Source: Epiperipatus broadwayi (Eukaryota; Animalia; Onychophora). Taken from it: 64,000 bases of DNA. The first letter of the stretch is position 1. Every line of letters starts with the position of its first letter. Below, piece after piece: positions 12,590 through 25,965 of this stretch. The DNA is taken from assembly GCA_028023455.1 (NCBI GenBank), contig JAQFVV010000001.1, positions 13,764,001 through 13,828,000 of the forward strand, written 5' to 3'. Both the position numbers and the translations under genes were made by a program. Below the pieces are notes generated by a model. That model saw only the letters and a list, made by a program, of their open reading frames with translations. It did no database searches and was not told the DNA's origin.

Positions 12590-14290
12590 AAATCTGTTAG
12601 CCACCTTCCCTTTCCATTTCCCACTCTAAATTTTCCATATTCTTCTCTATTCTGCTCCATTCTATTTCCACATTATTTTTGTCCACCCTATGGCTTTCAT
12701 ATCTAGATTCCTCTTTATCTTTTTTCAAACCCAGCATAAAAACCAAGACCCACTTTCTGTATAATCACTTTGATTATATTTATTCTCCCACAATTTTATT
12801 ATTTGTATCTTTTCTGCTTGTAAGTATTTACATCAATTAACAGATGCCTAATATTTTCCATGCCTTCCTTACATGACTTGCAGACTAAATCACCCACATT
12901 TCTCCATTTATGTGTATATTCCCTTGTTGCTAACAATCCTGTTTGAGCCTTAAACAGTAAACCACTTTCCTTGCTATTATCATAAATTAATTCACACCCA
13001 ATATTCTGTTTATTTCTACATATTTTTAAAGTCTTTTTACTCTCCATACTGTTTCTCCATCTCTCCAAATCCCTATTTTTTATTAATGCATCTGTTCTGC
13101 TATCCCATTCCTGGCCACTATAACACTCAACAATTCTAACACAATCATCCCACCTTTTATATAAGTATACTGACATAAAGTCTTTCTGCATACCATACTA
13201 TCTTTCTCACACATCTTGTTTGTGCCCTTTTTGGCTATTTTTTTATTATCCATAAATTGCAATCTACCGAACATTTCTATTTTGCTTTTTGCATCTCTCA
13301 TATAAAAACTTGACCATTCTGTTTCTCCTTGAATTACCTCCTTTGCCATTCATACATTGCATCTAATGCATATCTTCCTACTTCTTTATATTTTTTTAAG
13401 TAATCTAACACCCCTTGCCATAAGTTAACCCTGCTACTGCCGTTCTCTTCCATACAATTCTTGCTACATCCTATTTATTATATGAAAACGTAATATTTTT
13501 TATCAGTCCTTATCTTTTCTTTGCTTCATTTATCAATTTTTTTCTCCCATTCATCTAAGCAATTTTTTTGATTACTTAAGATAATTCCCAAATAGTATAT
13601 CTATTCACAACATTTGACTTTATATCTCCTGATAAAAATTATTTCTTCTCTTTCCCCAGCATTAATCATCATTACTTTTGATTTTTCTTCACTAAATTTA
13701 ATCGCTATCTCTTTGCCCACTCTTGTATACAGCTTCAGCATAACTTCCATATCTTCCTTACTTTCAGTGCACAAGAAGATAACAGCAAATAAAAGACCTG
13801 ATAATATATACACTCCCTTGCCATCTATTAATGGTATCTCTATTCCTCTTTCTACTCTTTCTGTTGCTCTCTCCACTTCTCTCAAATATAACAAATAAAA
13901 TAGGTGACATAGGGCAGCCTTGCTATAGTCTCAATTCATTTTTAATTCTGATTCTATATTTCCTAATTGATATGTATAGTAATTAGTTTCATATAATCTC
14001 TTAATAAGATCCACTAAAGCTTCATTCATTCCTAAATTTATTAAACTTAACTATAATCTATTTCTATTTACTCTATCATATACCTTCTCTATATCTATAA
14101 AGACATTAATAACTGTCTACCTATATTCCTACTCATGTCTACAAGTTGTGTGACTACAAATAAACTATCTCCTCTATGTCTATTCGATCTATAACCTCCT
14201 TGCATTTCTCCCATTATATTATTTTCTTCCATTTTGCCACTGATACTTTCTATTGTTCCATCTAGTGAGACTTTTTGGAAATGCTCTAGC
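12590..14290 (-). mobile_element. Decayed non-LTR retrotransposon (L2/CR1-like), 3' part: RT domain plus C-terminal CCHC
   Basis: Minus strand QGCPMSPILFV (~13900-13925); LLFAVIFLCTESKEDMEVML (degenerate YADD region, ORF 13601-13894); VCKSCKEGMENIRHLL zinc knuckle (ORF 12799-13191). Frameshifted. Confidence 0.8.
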
Positions 14291-16281
14291 TTTCTGTTTA
14301 TATAAAATCTTTATTTTATATTAAAACTCAATAAATTGGATTTGTATTTCTCTTCAATTTAATTTTATAAGTGAATAATATTCTAAAAAATTATATTTGA
14401 CTATTTTAAATATTTAAAAATATGAAAATATAGTGTAAACATCACAGATATTTATATTAACATTTTTTTTTGAAAATGTAAGAAATTCTTGTTTAACTTT
14501 TTTTTTATTCAATGTGAACAGAAGAAGGTAGATTTATAATAACTATCAAATTCTGCTTTAGAATCTGATATTTTCTTACATAAATTACAATATTTTAGAA
14601 TATTTTAATACCAAGTCAATTTTGAGAAACATTGATATAATAAGTACTGTGTTTTTTTTTATTTTTCAGTCAAGTTTATTAACTTCTGTTTTTAAAAATA
14701 ATAAATGAATAAATTAAAAGTTTACTTTTATATTTTTTTGTAATAATCAACCAAATAATGTATAAAAATAATCAAAATTACTTTATAAACAAGCAAAAAA
14801 TAATATTTCATTATACTTCAAAATCATTACATGAAAACTAGATGACAAGGATGCAAAAGCCCTCTGAATTTTTTTTCTGTCAAAGAACAAAAGAAAAGTA
14901 TTTTGATATTAGCTGCAGTCCAGAAGATGCTGACCTCTTCAGAATTTTGTTTTCAAGGTTATATTAATAAAAGCATTATGTTAAAATCCACTTTTTTTTA
15001 AAAAAAAGTGTGATTCATTATCATTTAGGATAATGTTAATACTGCAATCTAAAGTTACAGAACAACAGTGCTTTTTCTGAGCAAACTTTGCTTTCAACAC
15101 AGATGAGAAATAACAGATTAATAGATCCAATTGCAGTTGAAATCTTTAAGTTTTTTTAAAACTTGATTTAATTTATGGTCAGAGCTTTAATTATTGCTAA
15201 AAAAGATTACATTGCATTGTTAAATGGAAAACTGACAAGCATTTTAAACAAAGAATTTAAAACAAAGAGGATTAATCAGTAAAATTAAAATATTGTTTTA
15301 ATTACTATCATAAAAATGTTTTGTACAAGTATAAAAATGAGCATACAGTATATTTGATAATTTTAAATTATTAATAAATTAAATACAATATACAGAAAAT
15401 ATTTACATTTGAAAAATTCACAATCCAAAAATACACTGGAAACATTGATTTCTGATCTATCTGTATTTGTTTATGATATATTTTGTACTAATATTTAAAT
15501 TTAAATCCAATAATTCTAGAAGTAAACAACATATGCATTACTCCAGAAAAAGATACAGCAAAGAAAATATATTTAGAGAAATATATGCAATAGATAGCTA
15601 ACAGATAAAAGTAAAATTAATTAGCATACTATTGAAAGAAAGTTAAATGAATTTAATATAAATGATAAGAAATATTTATTTAAAGTAAACAATTGAAATT
15701 AGTTGCATAAAACAAATAATAAAAAATCCTGCTTGATAAATGATGGGAGATTTACTAATAAGAAATATTTGCTTAAAACAATCAAAGTCAAAAAAGATTA
15801 ATTAAAAATATCAGAGGGGAAAATAGACTGATTGGCATCTAAGGAAATAAGATAGTGATCAAGAATTAAAACCAGAAATCTGTGAGAGATACAAATAGTG
15901 TATACTGAAAAGTGAGAAGAGAGTTTTGAATTATTTGTATGATCATTGTGAATTATTTTATTTGTGAACTGTTAGTCTGGGTATTTGGAACCTGCTGGAG
16001 TTAGAACAGGGCTGAAAAATGCCAGTGAGAAGCTGTCTGGGAACAATAGGTAGTTTGTGTGCCAAGGGAAGCAATCCCAGTTACCTTGCCTCTAAAAGTA
16101 CCAACATTTGGCTAGGGACTAAAGAAGATCGCACAATCTAATCTTATTTTGTTTTTATATACCTAACAGACCCTATAGTAGGAAACCCAGAATGAATTGT
16201 GAATATATTCACTTGTTAAATTTGTATTCTGACAAACTTGAATGATAGACTGTTGGAGTCAGAATTTAACCTAATAGTGGT

Positions 16282-19200
16282 TAATAGGAGTTTGCTATTA
16301 ATTGAAAGGAGACCCTTTGATTCTTCTTGGAGGCCTTAAAGGAACCGAGCAGGGCAAATTTCCTAATGTCCATTCCATATGTTATTGTCATTGTAGCTAT
16401 TATTACTATATGATTATTCACATAGTATAAGAACATGGATGGGCTGCTCACCAAGCCAGCATGGTGAGTTTATTGGCTTTTTACCTCTGAGTTTAAAATT
16501 AAGAAACACTATGGTCTTTTTTCTCAGTTGCCTAATAAGGCAGAATGAATGTTTGTGTAAATGATAAATATTTTTCCAATAGATATATACAATTAGGACA
16601 GACAAAAAAATAAATCATAATCCTTATTCCCAAGAGGCTGCAAAGTCACCAACCAAGGCAGCAGCTGGTGGCTGAAGGCGGACGATGCTAAGAATCCCTG
16701 ATTGTGGACCCAGACTGTCATTTGATGATGACTTTTTGTTTAGGTACTTACAACTGCAGACCACTTTCAAGTAAAGAAAGATTGCAAGAATTAGAAGAAC
16801 TGTCTTATATTAAATGGTACATTATTGGACTTTGTGAAGTTAAAAAAAAAGGGTGAAGAGACAATTGATTTAAAAAGTGGACATGTACTCTATTAAAAAA
16901 GGCACAAATATTGGAAATAGAAGTGGAGTAGGATTCATTATAAATAAAAAGTGGAAGAACAACATTATAGAGATGGTGTATTGGACCGAGTGGCAAGATT
17001 AGTTATACAACTTAATAGCAGATACCAAATACAGATAATTCAGGTTTATGCCCCCAACAAGTTCTCATAGTGATGAAATAGTAGGAGATTTTTATATGGA
17101 TGTACAAAAGGCTTTTTATCAAAGTAAACAACATTTTAAAATTGTTATGGGAGAGTTTAATGCTAGAATTGGTAAACAAATAAAAGATAAAAGTGCTGTA
17201 GGTAATTTTGGTTATGGTAATAGAAACGAGAGAGGTCATAGACTTGTGAACTTTTCAGAAAAAGAAAAATTTTATATTATGAATTCTTTTTTTGAGAAAA
17301 GTGTTAAAAGAAAACGGACATGGAAGCATCTAAATGAAGGTACAGCAGAATTGGATTATATTTTGACTAACAGAAAATACATATGTCAAGATTATAATGT
17401 TCTTAATAAATTTAACACAGGAAATGATCATTGATTAGTAAGATACATGTTAATGCAAAAGTAGACAAAAATTATAAGGAAAACAATATTTACAGTCGAT
17501 ATTCTGAATCTTCAGAAATATTCTAATAAAGTTAAATTAGAACTTAACAAATCGGTTTCAAGTATTAGTAGATTTTGAACATGATTCCAATTTGAATGAA
17601 ATTAATATGAAAATAACCGATACAATTTTAAAAACTGCAACAAAGATAGCAGATAGAAAAAAGCAGCAATTGACCAATAAAATTTCTACTGAGACTAGAG
17701 AATTTATAAAGAAAAGAAGGAATATGAAGATATACAAAAATGGCGCATTAAAAAGGATTGAATATCTTGAATTTTGTACAATGGTGCGGAAAAGAGTTGA
17801 AAATGATATAAGAAAGTATAACTATGAACTAGCAAGGAAAGCTGTAGAAGAGAATAAAAGTCCCAAGAGTGTAAAACAACATTTTGGTATTGATAGGAAA
17901 TATATATCTGCAACAAGAAAAAAAGATGGAATTATTACTAAAAAGAGAGATGACATCATGAAATGGGTAGAAGACTTTTATCAAGAATTGTATAGTAATA
18001 AAGAACAAGTACCTCCTATATCTATTACTTCTTCTGAATTGCCCAGAATTTTAAATGAAGAAGTGAGATATGCAATTAAATGTATGAAGAAAGGAAAGGC
18101 TCCAGGTAATGATGGAATTATAATTGATATATTAAAAGAAGCAGGTGAAGAAATAGAATTTTTTTTAGCAAAGTTATGTACCAAATGTCTAAATGATAAA
18201 TATGTACCAGATGATTGGAAGAATGTAGTATTAATATTATTATTTAAAAAAGGTGATAAAGAAGATATTAGAAATTACAGACCTATCAGCCTTTTATCAG
18301 TTTTATACAAAATTTTTACCAAGACAAGCTGGATTTAAAAGTGGTTTTAGTACAGAGATCATATCAAGGTATTGAGAGAAGTTATAGAAAGGACAAATGA
18401 ATATGAGTTGCCATTATGTTTTGGATTTGTAGATTACGAAAAGGCATTTGATTGTATAAACATTTCTTCAGTGATTAAAGCATTGGATCATCAAAGTATA
18501 TATCCAGGATATTGTCATATTTTAAAGAATATTTATAAAAATGCAACAACAATTAGATTACTGGGAAAGTCAACATTGAGAAGGGTGTAAGACAGGGTGG
18601 CTCCTTTTACAGTAGTGCTGCAAGAAGTATTTTATGGATTAAAATGGGAAGCTAAAGGAGAAAGTAAATGGAAATTATTTAAGTCATTTAGATTTTGCAG
18701 ATGATGTAGTTGTTTGTGCAAATAATGCTTTAGAGCTGCAGGAAATGTTGCAGGAGTTATCAGATGAAAATAGGAAAGTAGGACTAAAGATAAATATTAA
18801 AAAATACTAAAGTAATGTTTAATGGGTTTTCTCAAAATATGAAAACAAAGATTGATTATGATGAGTTAGAAGAAGTTAACAGTTACAAATACCTTGGTCA
18901 GATTATTAATACAGATGAGAACATAATGGATGAAATTAATCCTAGAATTAAGCTTGGTTGGAGTGCTTTTGGTAGAAATAACTTGATACTAAAAGGAAAT
19001 ATGCCTATGTGTTTGAAAAGGAAGGTTTTTAATAAATGTATTTACTATTTCTCACTTATGGACCTGAGACTTGGACACTTAATAAAAGAGCAATACAGGG
19101 ACTTCAGACCATTCAAAGAAATATGGAGAGATGTATGTTGGGAGTAACAAGAAGAGATCGAAAATGCAATAATGGGTAAGAGAAGAAACAGGTCGTTACT

Positions 19201-19464
19201 GACCTCATTGAAAAATTGAAAGATTGAAGTGGAGTTGGGCGGGACATATTGCTAGAAGAGATGATAATAGATGGACAATTGAAATCTTAAAGTGGATTTC
19301 AAGAGATTGTAAAAGACCCAGAAAGAGATCACATGTGAGATGGATGGATGAAATAATAAAGTGTCCATAGGTGATGTGGAGAAGAGAAGCTAAAGTTCGG
19401 AGAAGATGGATTGAACTTGGAGACACCTTCATCCTGCAGTGGATTGATAATGGTTGATGATGAT
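16282..19464 (+). mobile_element. Near full-length decayed RTE-clade LINE (APE + RT) inserted in the Gypsy 5' LTR
   Basis: GTYNCRPL..IIGLCEV (APE start ~16742); VMGEFNARIG, ELDYIL, TGNDH (ORF 17048-17434); [26 protein letters not shown] (ORF 17592-18338); FVDYEKAFD; FADD (~18695); LKWSWAGHIARR; 3' end GDTFILQWIDNG followed by GATGATGAT. Confidence 0.92.
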
Positions 19465-19770
19465 ATATAAATAGAGTTTTATTTGTTTGTGTATTGAGTG
19501 ATCAATATTGCTGCTGATACTTTACTATGAGAGTCAGTGCTAAATTCATGTTACCATTGGTAATCCCTTATTGTAATTTTTGCTGTTAATAATTTTTGTT
19601 GTTATGAAATTTCTGTTTATTACTCATTTTGTTGGTATTTATATAATATATATGTGCAAACACACAACAAAAGTGGAGCAGTCACCATCTTGAACCTAAG
19701 TATAGTGAAATAATTTTAAAGACTAGTAATAGAGTAGAGAATCTATAATAGCAGAGATATTACATAGACT

Positions 19771-21004
19771 GTAATAGGGGAATTTGATGTTAATAATGCA
19801 AGCCTGTAGCCATTGTATGCCACATAGTAGAAAATTTCTTTTTGCTAAATGAGATTAATGATAATAAAAGAAAGGTCACCGCATTAATATGTATGTCGGA
19901 ACTAAAAGTCATTGATGTCATAAATAAGTATTTTAACATACTGATAGCGGACAAAATAGTATATGAAAAAATAATTAACAAGCTGAGTGAACATTTTGAC
20001 CCCAGACTGTCAAGACATATTGCAGGATTAGCATTAAGAAACAGGAGGCAATGGAACAGTGAAATGATAAAACAATATGGAATTGTTTTAAAAGAATTAG
20101 CGAAAGATGTGGATACCATGATTACGTAGATGAAATTTTGTTAGACCAATTAATTTGGCGCATGTTTAATGATTGGCTCAGACAAAACCTGCTTGCCGAA
20201 GCAGAATCAAATTTTGAAGAAGCTTTTCAAAAGAGAGTGGCCTATGAGCTTATTGTAGAGCAAGTAACACTTTTTGGTAAGGAAAATGACAGTTTATAAA
20301 ATGGATCGTGAGTCAAGATATAAAAACATAAAATTAATTTTTTTCTGCTAAAGTATTGAACAGGAAAATTAGTTGTTTCTGCTGTGGCAAAACCAGGCAT
20401 ATGAGGAAAGACTGTAAATTTAGAAATGAATTATATCATATCTGCAAGCTGAAAGGCCCCCTAGTTAAAACGTGTAGGGAATCAGAGGATAGATATAAGT
20501 CAAGAAAGTCAAACTAACCTAGTCACAATCAATAGCATTTATAATATTAATGGTGTAACAACAAGGAGTCAGATCAAGTTTATGTTGCAGCTACAAGTCT
20601 TTAATAAAAATAGTCATGGAAATAGACAGCAGATCAAATATCTTAAAAGTCTCGAAGAAACTTTGGAAATAGACAACAGAGGACATCAAGCTGTTAGGGC
20701 AGTACATAAAGTATCGATCAGGGCTGTAGATGTAAGTGGAAATATAGTAGAAATAATAGGTTTCTACGTAGTATCAATAAAATACTACAACAGAATGATG
20801 AATTTACCTATATACATAGTATGGAGAAATGTTGGTCTGCTAATAGGGTGCGACTGGTTTAAGTATATAGGGATAAGCATTAGTAAAAATGATAGGGCAG
20901 TTTTGCCAGGGAAACACATTAAAGACAAGGAGTTTCAACAAACCAAGTATAAGAGGGAAGAGAATTCAAAGTTGGAACAGCAGTCTGGGTTAGAAACATG
21001 CTAA
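19771..21004 (+). pseudogene. Gypsy gag-protease remnant
   Basis: IGEFDV..ENFFLLNEINDNKRKVTALI gag N-terminus; exact CCHC knuckle CFCCGKTRHMRKDC (20374-20415) followed by a degenerate second knuckle; protease-like LLIGCDWFKYIGI in ORF 20582-21004. Confidence 0.75.
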
Positions 21005-23726
21005 GAAAAACCTGGATTAAGAAAACAATAGAAAATATATTGTCTAACCATATTGTGTTAATTAAGGGTGAAAACGAATAGCAATATAGATGTCATGTAA
21101 ATCATGGCAAGGCTCGGAAATTAATAAACATGATTTCGAAGTTATTAAAATAGAAACAGAAGAGAAAATGTGCCCCCTCCCCCAAGACTGATGTGCAAGA
21201 AAACCACTCCACAATAGAAGAAAGAATGGAAGACAAAAAGTCAGAAACATTAGCAGAAGAACAGGAAAAGCCCAGGGTTTAGCCAAGTTAAAGGGCAAAG
21301 CAAGGATGCTGGCATGAGGCAGAATAAATCACAAAATTTACATTTACTGAAGGTAAAGGGTTTTTTCTGGAGTGGGGGGAGATGGAATGTTTTGTACTAA
21401 TATTTAAATTTAAACCCAATAATTATAGAAATAAACAACATACGCATTACTTCAGAAGAAGATAAGGCAAAGAAAATATATTTAAAGATAGCTAACAGAT
21501 AAAGTTAAGGCAATGAAAGTAAAATTACTATTGAAAGAATTTAATATAAATAAGAAATATTTGCTTAAAATAAATAGTAGAAATTAGTTGCTTAAAACAA
21601 ATAATAAAAAATTCTGCTTGATAAATTGAGAAGAGAGATTTAATAATAAGAAATATTTGCTTAAAGCAATTGAAGTCAAAAAAGACTAATTAAAATGCCA
21701 GAGGGGAAAACAGACTGACTGATATCTGTAGAAATAAGATAGTGATCACGAATTAAAACTAGAAATCAGTGAGAGATATAAATAGCATGTACAGAAAAGT
21801 GCAACAGTTTTTTGTTTTTGCAGAACATTGCAAACTATTTTATTTGTGAACTGTTAGTACTGGATATTTGGAGCTGACTGGAGTTAGAAAAGGGCTGAAA
21901 AAAGCCAGTGAGGAAGCAACAGGTGGTTTGTGTGTCAAGACAAGCGATCTCAGAGACTGTGCCTCTGAAGGTGCCAATAACCGGCTAGGGATTAAAGCAG
22001 AATCACATAATCTTATTTTGTTTTATATATTCATAATAGGCTTTATAGGAGAAAACATAGAACAGAGTGAGAGTATATTCACTTGTTAAAATTGTACTCA
22101 GCCAGACTTAAGCGACAGAATGTTGGAGTCAGAATTTAATCAATAGTGGTCTATATATATAAATAAGATTTTATTTGGTTGTCTACTGGGCAATCAATTT
22201 TGCTGTTGATGATACTTTGCTGCAATGGTCAATGCTATATTCATGTTAGTTGGCATTGATAATTCCTTATTGTAATTTTTTTTATTAAATTTCTGTTAGT
22301 CACTTATTTTGTTGATGTCCTTATATATATATATTGTAATGGTCCACCTGAAGAGGGGAATGCATCTCACTACAGTCAGACCTAGAGTCTTTGGGTAGGA
22401 TGCTATGACTGATGCGATGAAGTACCTAATATCTACATCCAATTGGTTAAATCTAAGTTTACACAATAAATTTAGATACAATTTGGGCTAGTTCATCCAT
22501 ACCTCTCTCTTCTTTTGGATTCCATTATGCCTCAGTATTCAATCTCAGAGAAATTTGCCTTCGGTTCTCTTCAGGGATGAATTTACACTATATAGCAACT
22601 ACTGCAACTCTATATACTTTACAATTAAAAATCCATCCAATCATAATATTATATTACCATATAAAAATAAAATGTGTGTGTGGGTATATATATCCGGTTA
22701 TCAGTTGATGAGTGAAGGTGTAAAAATTTTTGATAAACTAGAGACCAATTTAATTAAAAACAAGTTAACAATGTTTATTGATAACAAAAATACTTTTTAA
22801 CATGATAAAAAAAATTATAATTGTATGTGTCAAGAATGTATTTCTACCATATCAATGATTAATATACTTACTATTCTAACCCTTAACCTATGGTAGAAGT
22901 ACATAACAAGGTACTAATTATTTACAAAGCAAAGTAAAAAAAAAAATCTATCAAATTGAACACGAAGCTGACAAACTAATTTACGACATTATATAAGTAT
23001 ATCCTTTATAGCTTCATCATTCGATTCCAGTTAATGATGTCCCATCTTCTTTGTCCCCCTTCCCCTAAGTATGTACAATTCCCTAAAGTTGATAGGAAAG
23101 GACATCCACACAAGAAGATTAATTATTCATACCGAAAAAATAAACAAATAATTGATAGTTAATGATTAACAAGTAAAAGATAAACTCTGTCCTGTAGTAG
23201 TGAATGTACTTAATATGGAATAGTATAAAAAATATTACCTCATTCCATATCAATAATGATAATCAAATGTCAAGTCAATACGGAAAAGCTGACAAAAGCT
23301 TTATTTTACATAAAAAAAATTTTTTTATCTAACTTAATACCCCCCCTAATTTTGTTGCTTTCAAGCATAATGGATTCTTCCAAGCTCTAGGCACATCTAA
23401 GCTACCAAGTATGGAGATAAATAAAACTAGAATTACAAATAAAAAAAAATAAAAATGTTCATTAGTTCATACTGATTATTGTCCATGAGTTTAATAATAA
23501 TGTCTCTTATGGATACAGTTTATTTCTCTTCGGATCATCCTCCTTTGGTAAATCATTCATCACCATGAGAGTTCTTGACAAAGCATTTGAAATGATGTTG
23601 CTTCCATTTTCTGCAGTTGCTTTCCTTCTGGATCCATTTAGAGGTTTATTGTAGTACTTTTCATGTTACTTTAGGCATTGTATAGGCAAGTAGGTTAAAT
23701 CATCGTGCTTCTATGGTAGGACTGTA

Positions 23727-23806
23727 GCAACCCAGTCTTATGGCAATATTAACTTAGCCGGAATTCTTGCAACCCAGTTTTATTATAATATTAACTTAGC
23801 CGGAAT
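23727..23806. repeat. Two-copy 42-bp-period tandem repeat
   Basis: GCAACCCAGT(C/T)TTAT..AATATTAACTTAGCCGGAAT at 23727 and 23769. Confidence 0.85.
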
Positions 23807-25204
23807 ACATTGCATAGCAGTTCATAATAATTTATTTATTATTTGACATTTAACAATTTATATAAGAAAAAAGTTACTTCATTATTTATATATATATGCT
23901 AGTGATGTTTTACTTATCTTTTCTCCATGTATAAATAATAACACAGTTTTTAATTTTTAAATATCAATTTAAAATTAATTCAGTTCTTTTATCAAATTGC
24001 ACAAATTTATCAAACTTTTCTTCGTTTAAATGTTGACTATAGTTTCTTATAATTTTATGCTATGAAAATTATACAAATAATTTGGAATGTTTGAATAAGT
24101 TGTCCATTTCTGTTGGATTTGAACATTCGATCTTCAAAAGTTGGCTTGGCGCAGTTATTATAGCATTTGAAAAATAACAAAAGATGATGGAAATGAACTG
24201 GGTTTGCTTTTACACCCCGCTTACTTTCCTGTGTTTAGTATACAAGCATTTCCATTTTCTTTTCTATTACTGTAGCTATCTATTGTTGAGGGTATTATAT
24301 TGATTGTAAGTAAAAATAAAATTATATAATAGAATTCTACTTTTATCTTCCATACTTGATTGCCTAGTGATTGGCTTGACATTAGGCTATCACTATGTTT
24401 ACCAGGTCTAAGTCTTTATTAGTGACACTTAGCATATTTATAAATAACTCATTGTTGGTCTATATATATATGGAAAGGATTTTTTTAACTGGTTTTTTTT
24501 ATTTTTCATTTAACAAAGAAAATTAGTTCATTGTGACATTTGTGGAATTTTGTACTTAATACTGCGAACATTTATTGTGTATATATATATAGGTGTATGA
24601 CTATACACAAAATGAAAATATTGCATATTTAACTACCTGTTAGCTAAGCTTATGTTTTAAATGGGTTTGATTTGGGGGGGTAGATGGATAAAGGCTGGTT
24701 TTAATTGGATTGTAAGCTACCCATACAACTTATATATATATGCAAATACGTAATAGTTTAATGAAATTATTATAGGAAAAACTGAATATGAAGATATGAG
24801 ATATAGATGTCCTATATCAGTATAAAAAACAAAAGCTCTAGATACATGAAAAATTTGAAATCATAGCTAATGATGATGAAATTTTTAACTTAATGGCCAT
24901 TGCTTATGAAAGTTGTTACAATTTTGTCACTTGTTTTTTTTTACATGCCCTGTAGTAGTTTATTTTAGGCATAATAAGGATAAATTCAGGAAATAAGTAG
25001 GGGCAACTCAGCTGAATTTTTAAAATACTTAGGTTTTAAGGGAAATTTATTTGTACAAAGTTATATAGTTTCTTTGTTATAAATAGGCCCAGAGTTATTT
25101 ACAAAAAAAATATCAGGATATATACAAAATAATATATGTAAACTTATAAATAAATATTAGAAAATAAAGTAAGTAAAAATTTTTAATAAGCACAAAAAAT
25201 ATAA

Positions 25205-25965
25205 TGTCACTTAGGAGCGCTTTCGGCTATCCTCGTAGTCTTTGTTAACTAATACTTTGAAAAGTCAACTTTCCCATATTTCCATAATCTTAACATTTGC
25301 TGCCTGCCTATTGATTAAGTCTTGCTTGTATTAGGAACTTTTATTATTATTTTTTTCAGTTTTCAATATTTTTATGTTATTATAATTGAAATCAAAACCA
25401 TATATGCATGATTTATTAAGCTGATAAATTATCATTATCTTTAGAATTTTGTTTTGTATTTTGAACTCTTTTTAATAACAAGTGCTCTTTTGTTCTTTTC
25501 TCCAATGTGCTTCTTGATACATTTATAAATTTTCCTTATGAAACTTGCCAGTTGATTCAAAATATTGAAATCTAAATTTTATTATCAGAAGAATTAACAT
25601 CATTATTAATCTTATTTTTATTTTTTAAAAATTTTTAATAATATAATAAATATGATCATAATTATATCCAACATTTAACATTCATTAGAATACATTTCAA
25701 TATTTTTGCCTTTATCTGATGAATATTTACAAAGATTATCATTTGTAAATAAGGACTTCAAACCTGCCATTTTATGTGACATTGGTACTCTTGATTTATA
25801 TGGAATGTAATCGCTTTTTGCTATTGGTTTAATAATCATATAGTAATCCAGTTTATCTCTGTTTCTAGTTATCTTAAGATCTAGAAATTAAACACACATT
25901 AAATTTTCATCTGTTTTAATCCATTTTAAGCCTTTTATATTATTTAATTTATCAAACAAATCTTT
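25205..25965 (-). mobile_element. Penelope-like element 3' fragment (RT thumb, GIY-YIG, 3' end with decayed HHR)
   Basis: Minus strand: LFDKLNNIKGLKW..FLDLKITRNRDKLDYYMIIKPIAKSDYIPYKSRVPMSHK (RT thumb) and IYKCIKKHIGEKNKRAL (GIY-YIG). Hammerhead-shaped motif at 25211-25252. Confidence 0.75.

Larger units (their letters stand above)
15474..22334 (+). mobile_element. Internally deleted Ty3/Gypsy LTR retrotransposon: 5' LTR 15474-16281 plus 19465-19669 (split by an RTE), internal region 19670-21382, 3' LTR 21383-~22334
   Basis: ~1-kb diverged direct repeats starting TG...TTTTGTACTAATATTTAAATTTAAA. PPT GGAGTGGGGGGAGA directly before the 3' LTR; CA then TGGAGCAG (PBS-like) after the 5' LTR; gag and protease remnants inside. 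No RT or RNase H seen. Confidence 0.8.

Noticed and set aside
17704-19432. Minus-strand ORFs 17704-17916, 17981-18184 and 19205-19432, plus 19790-20119, 13614-13898 and 54708-55076
   Set aside because: Antisense shadows of TE coding sequence.
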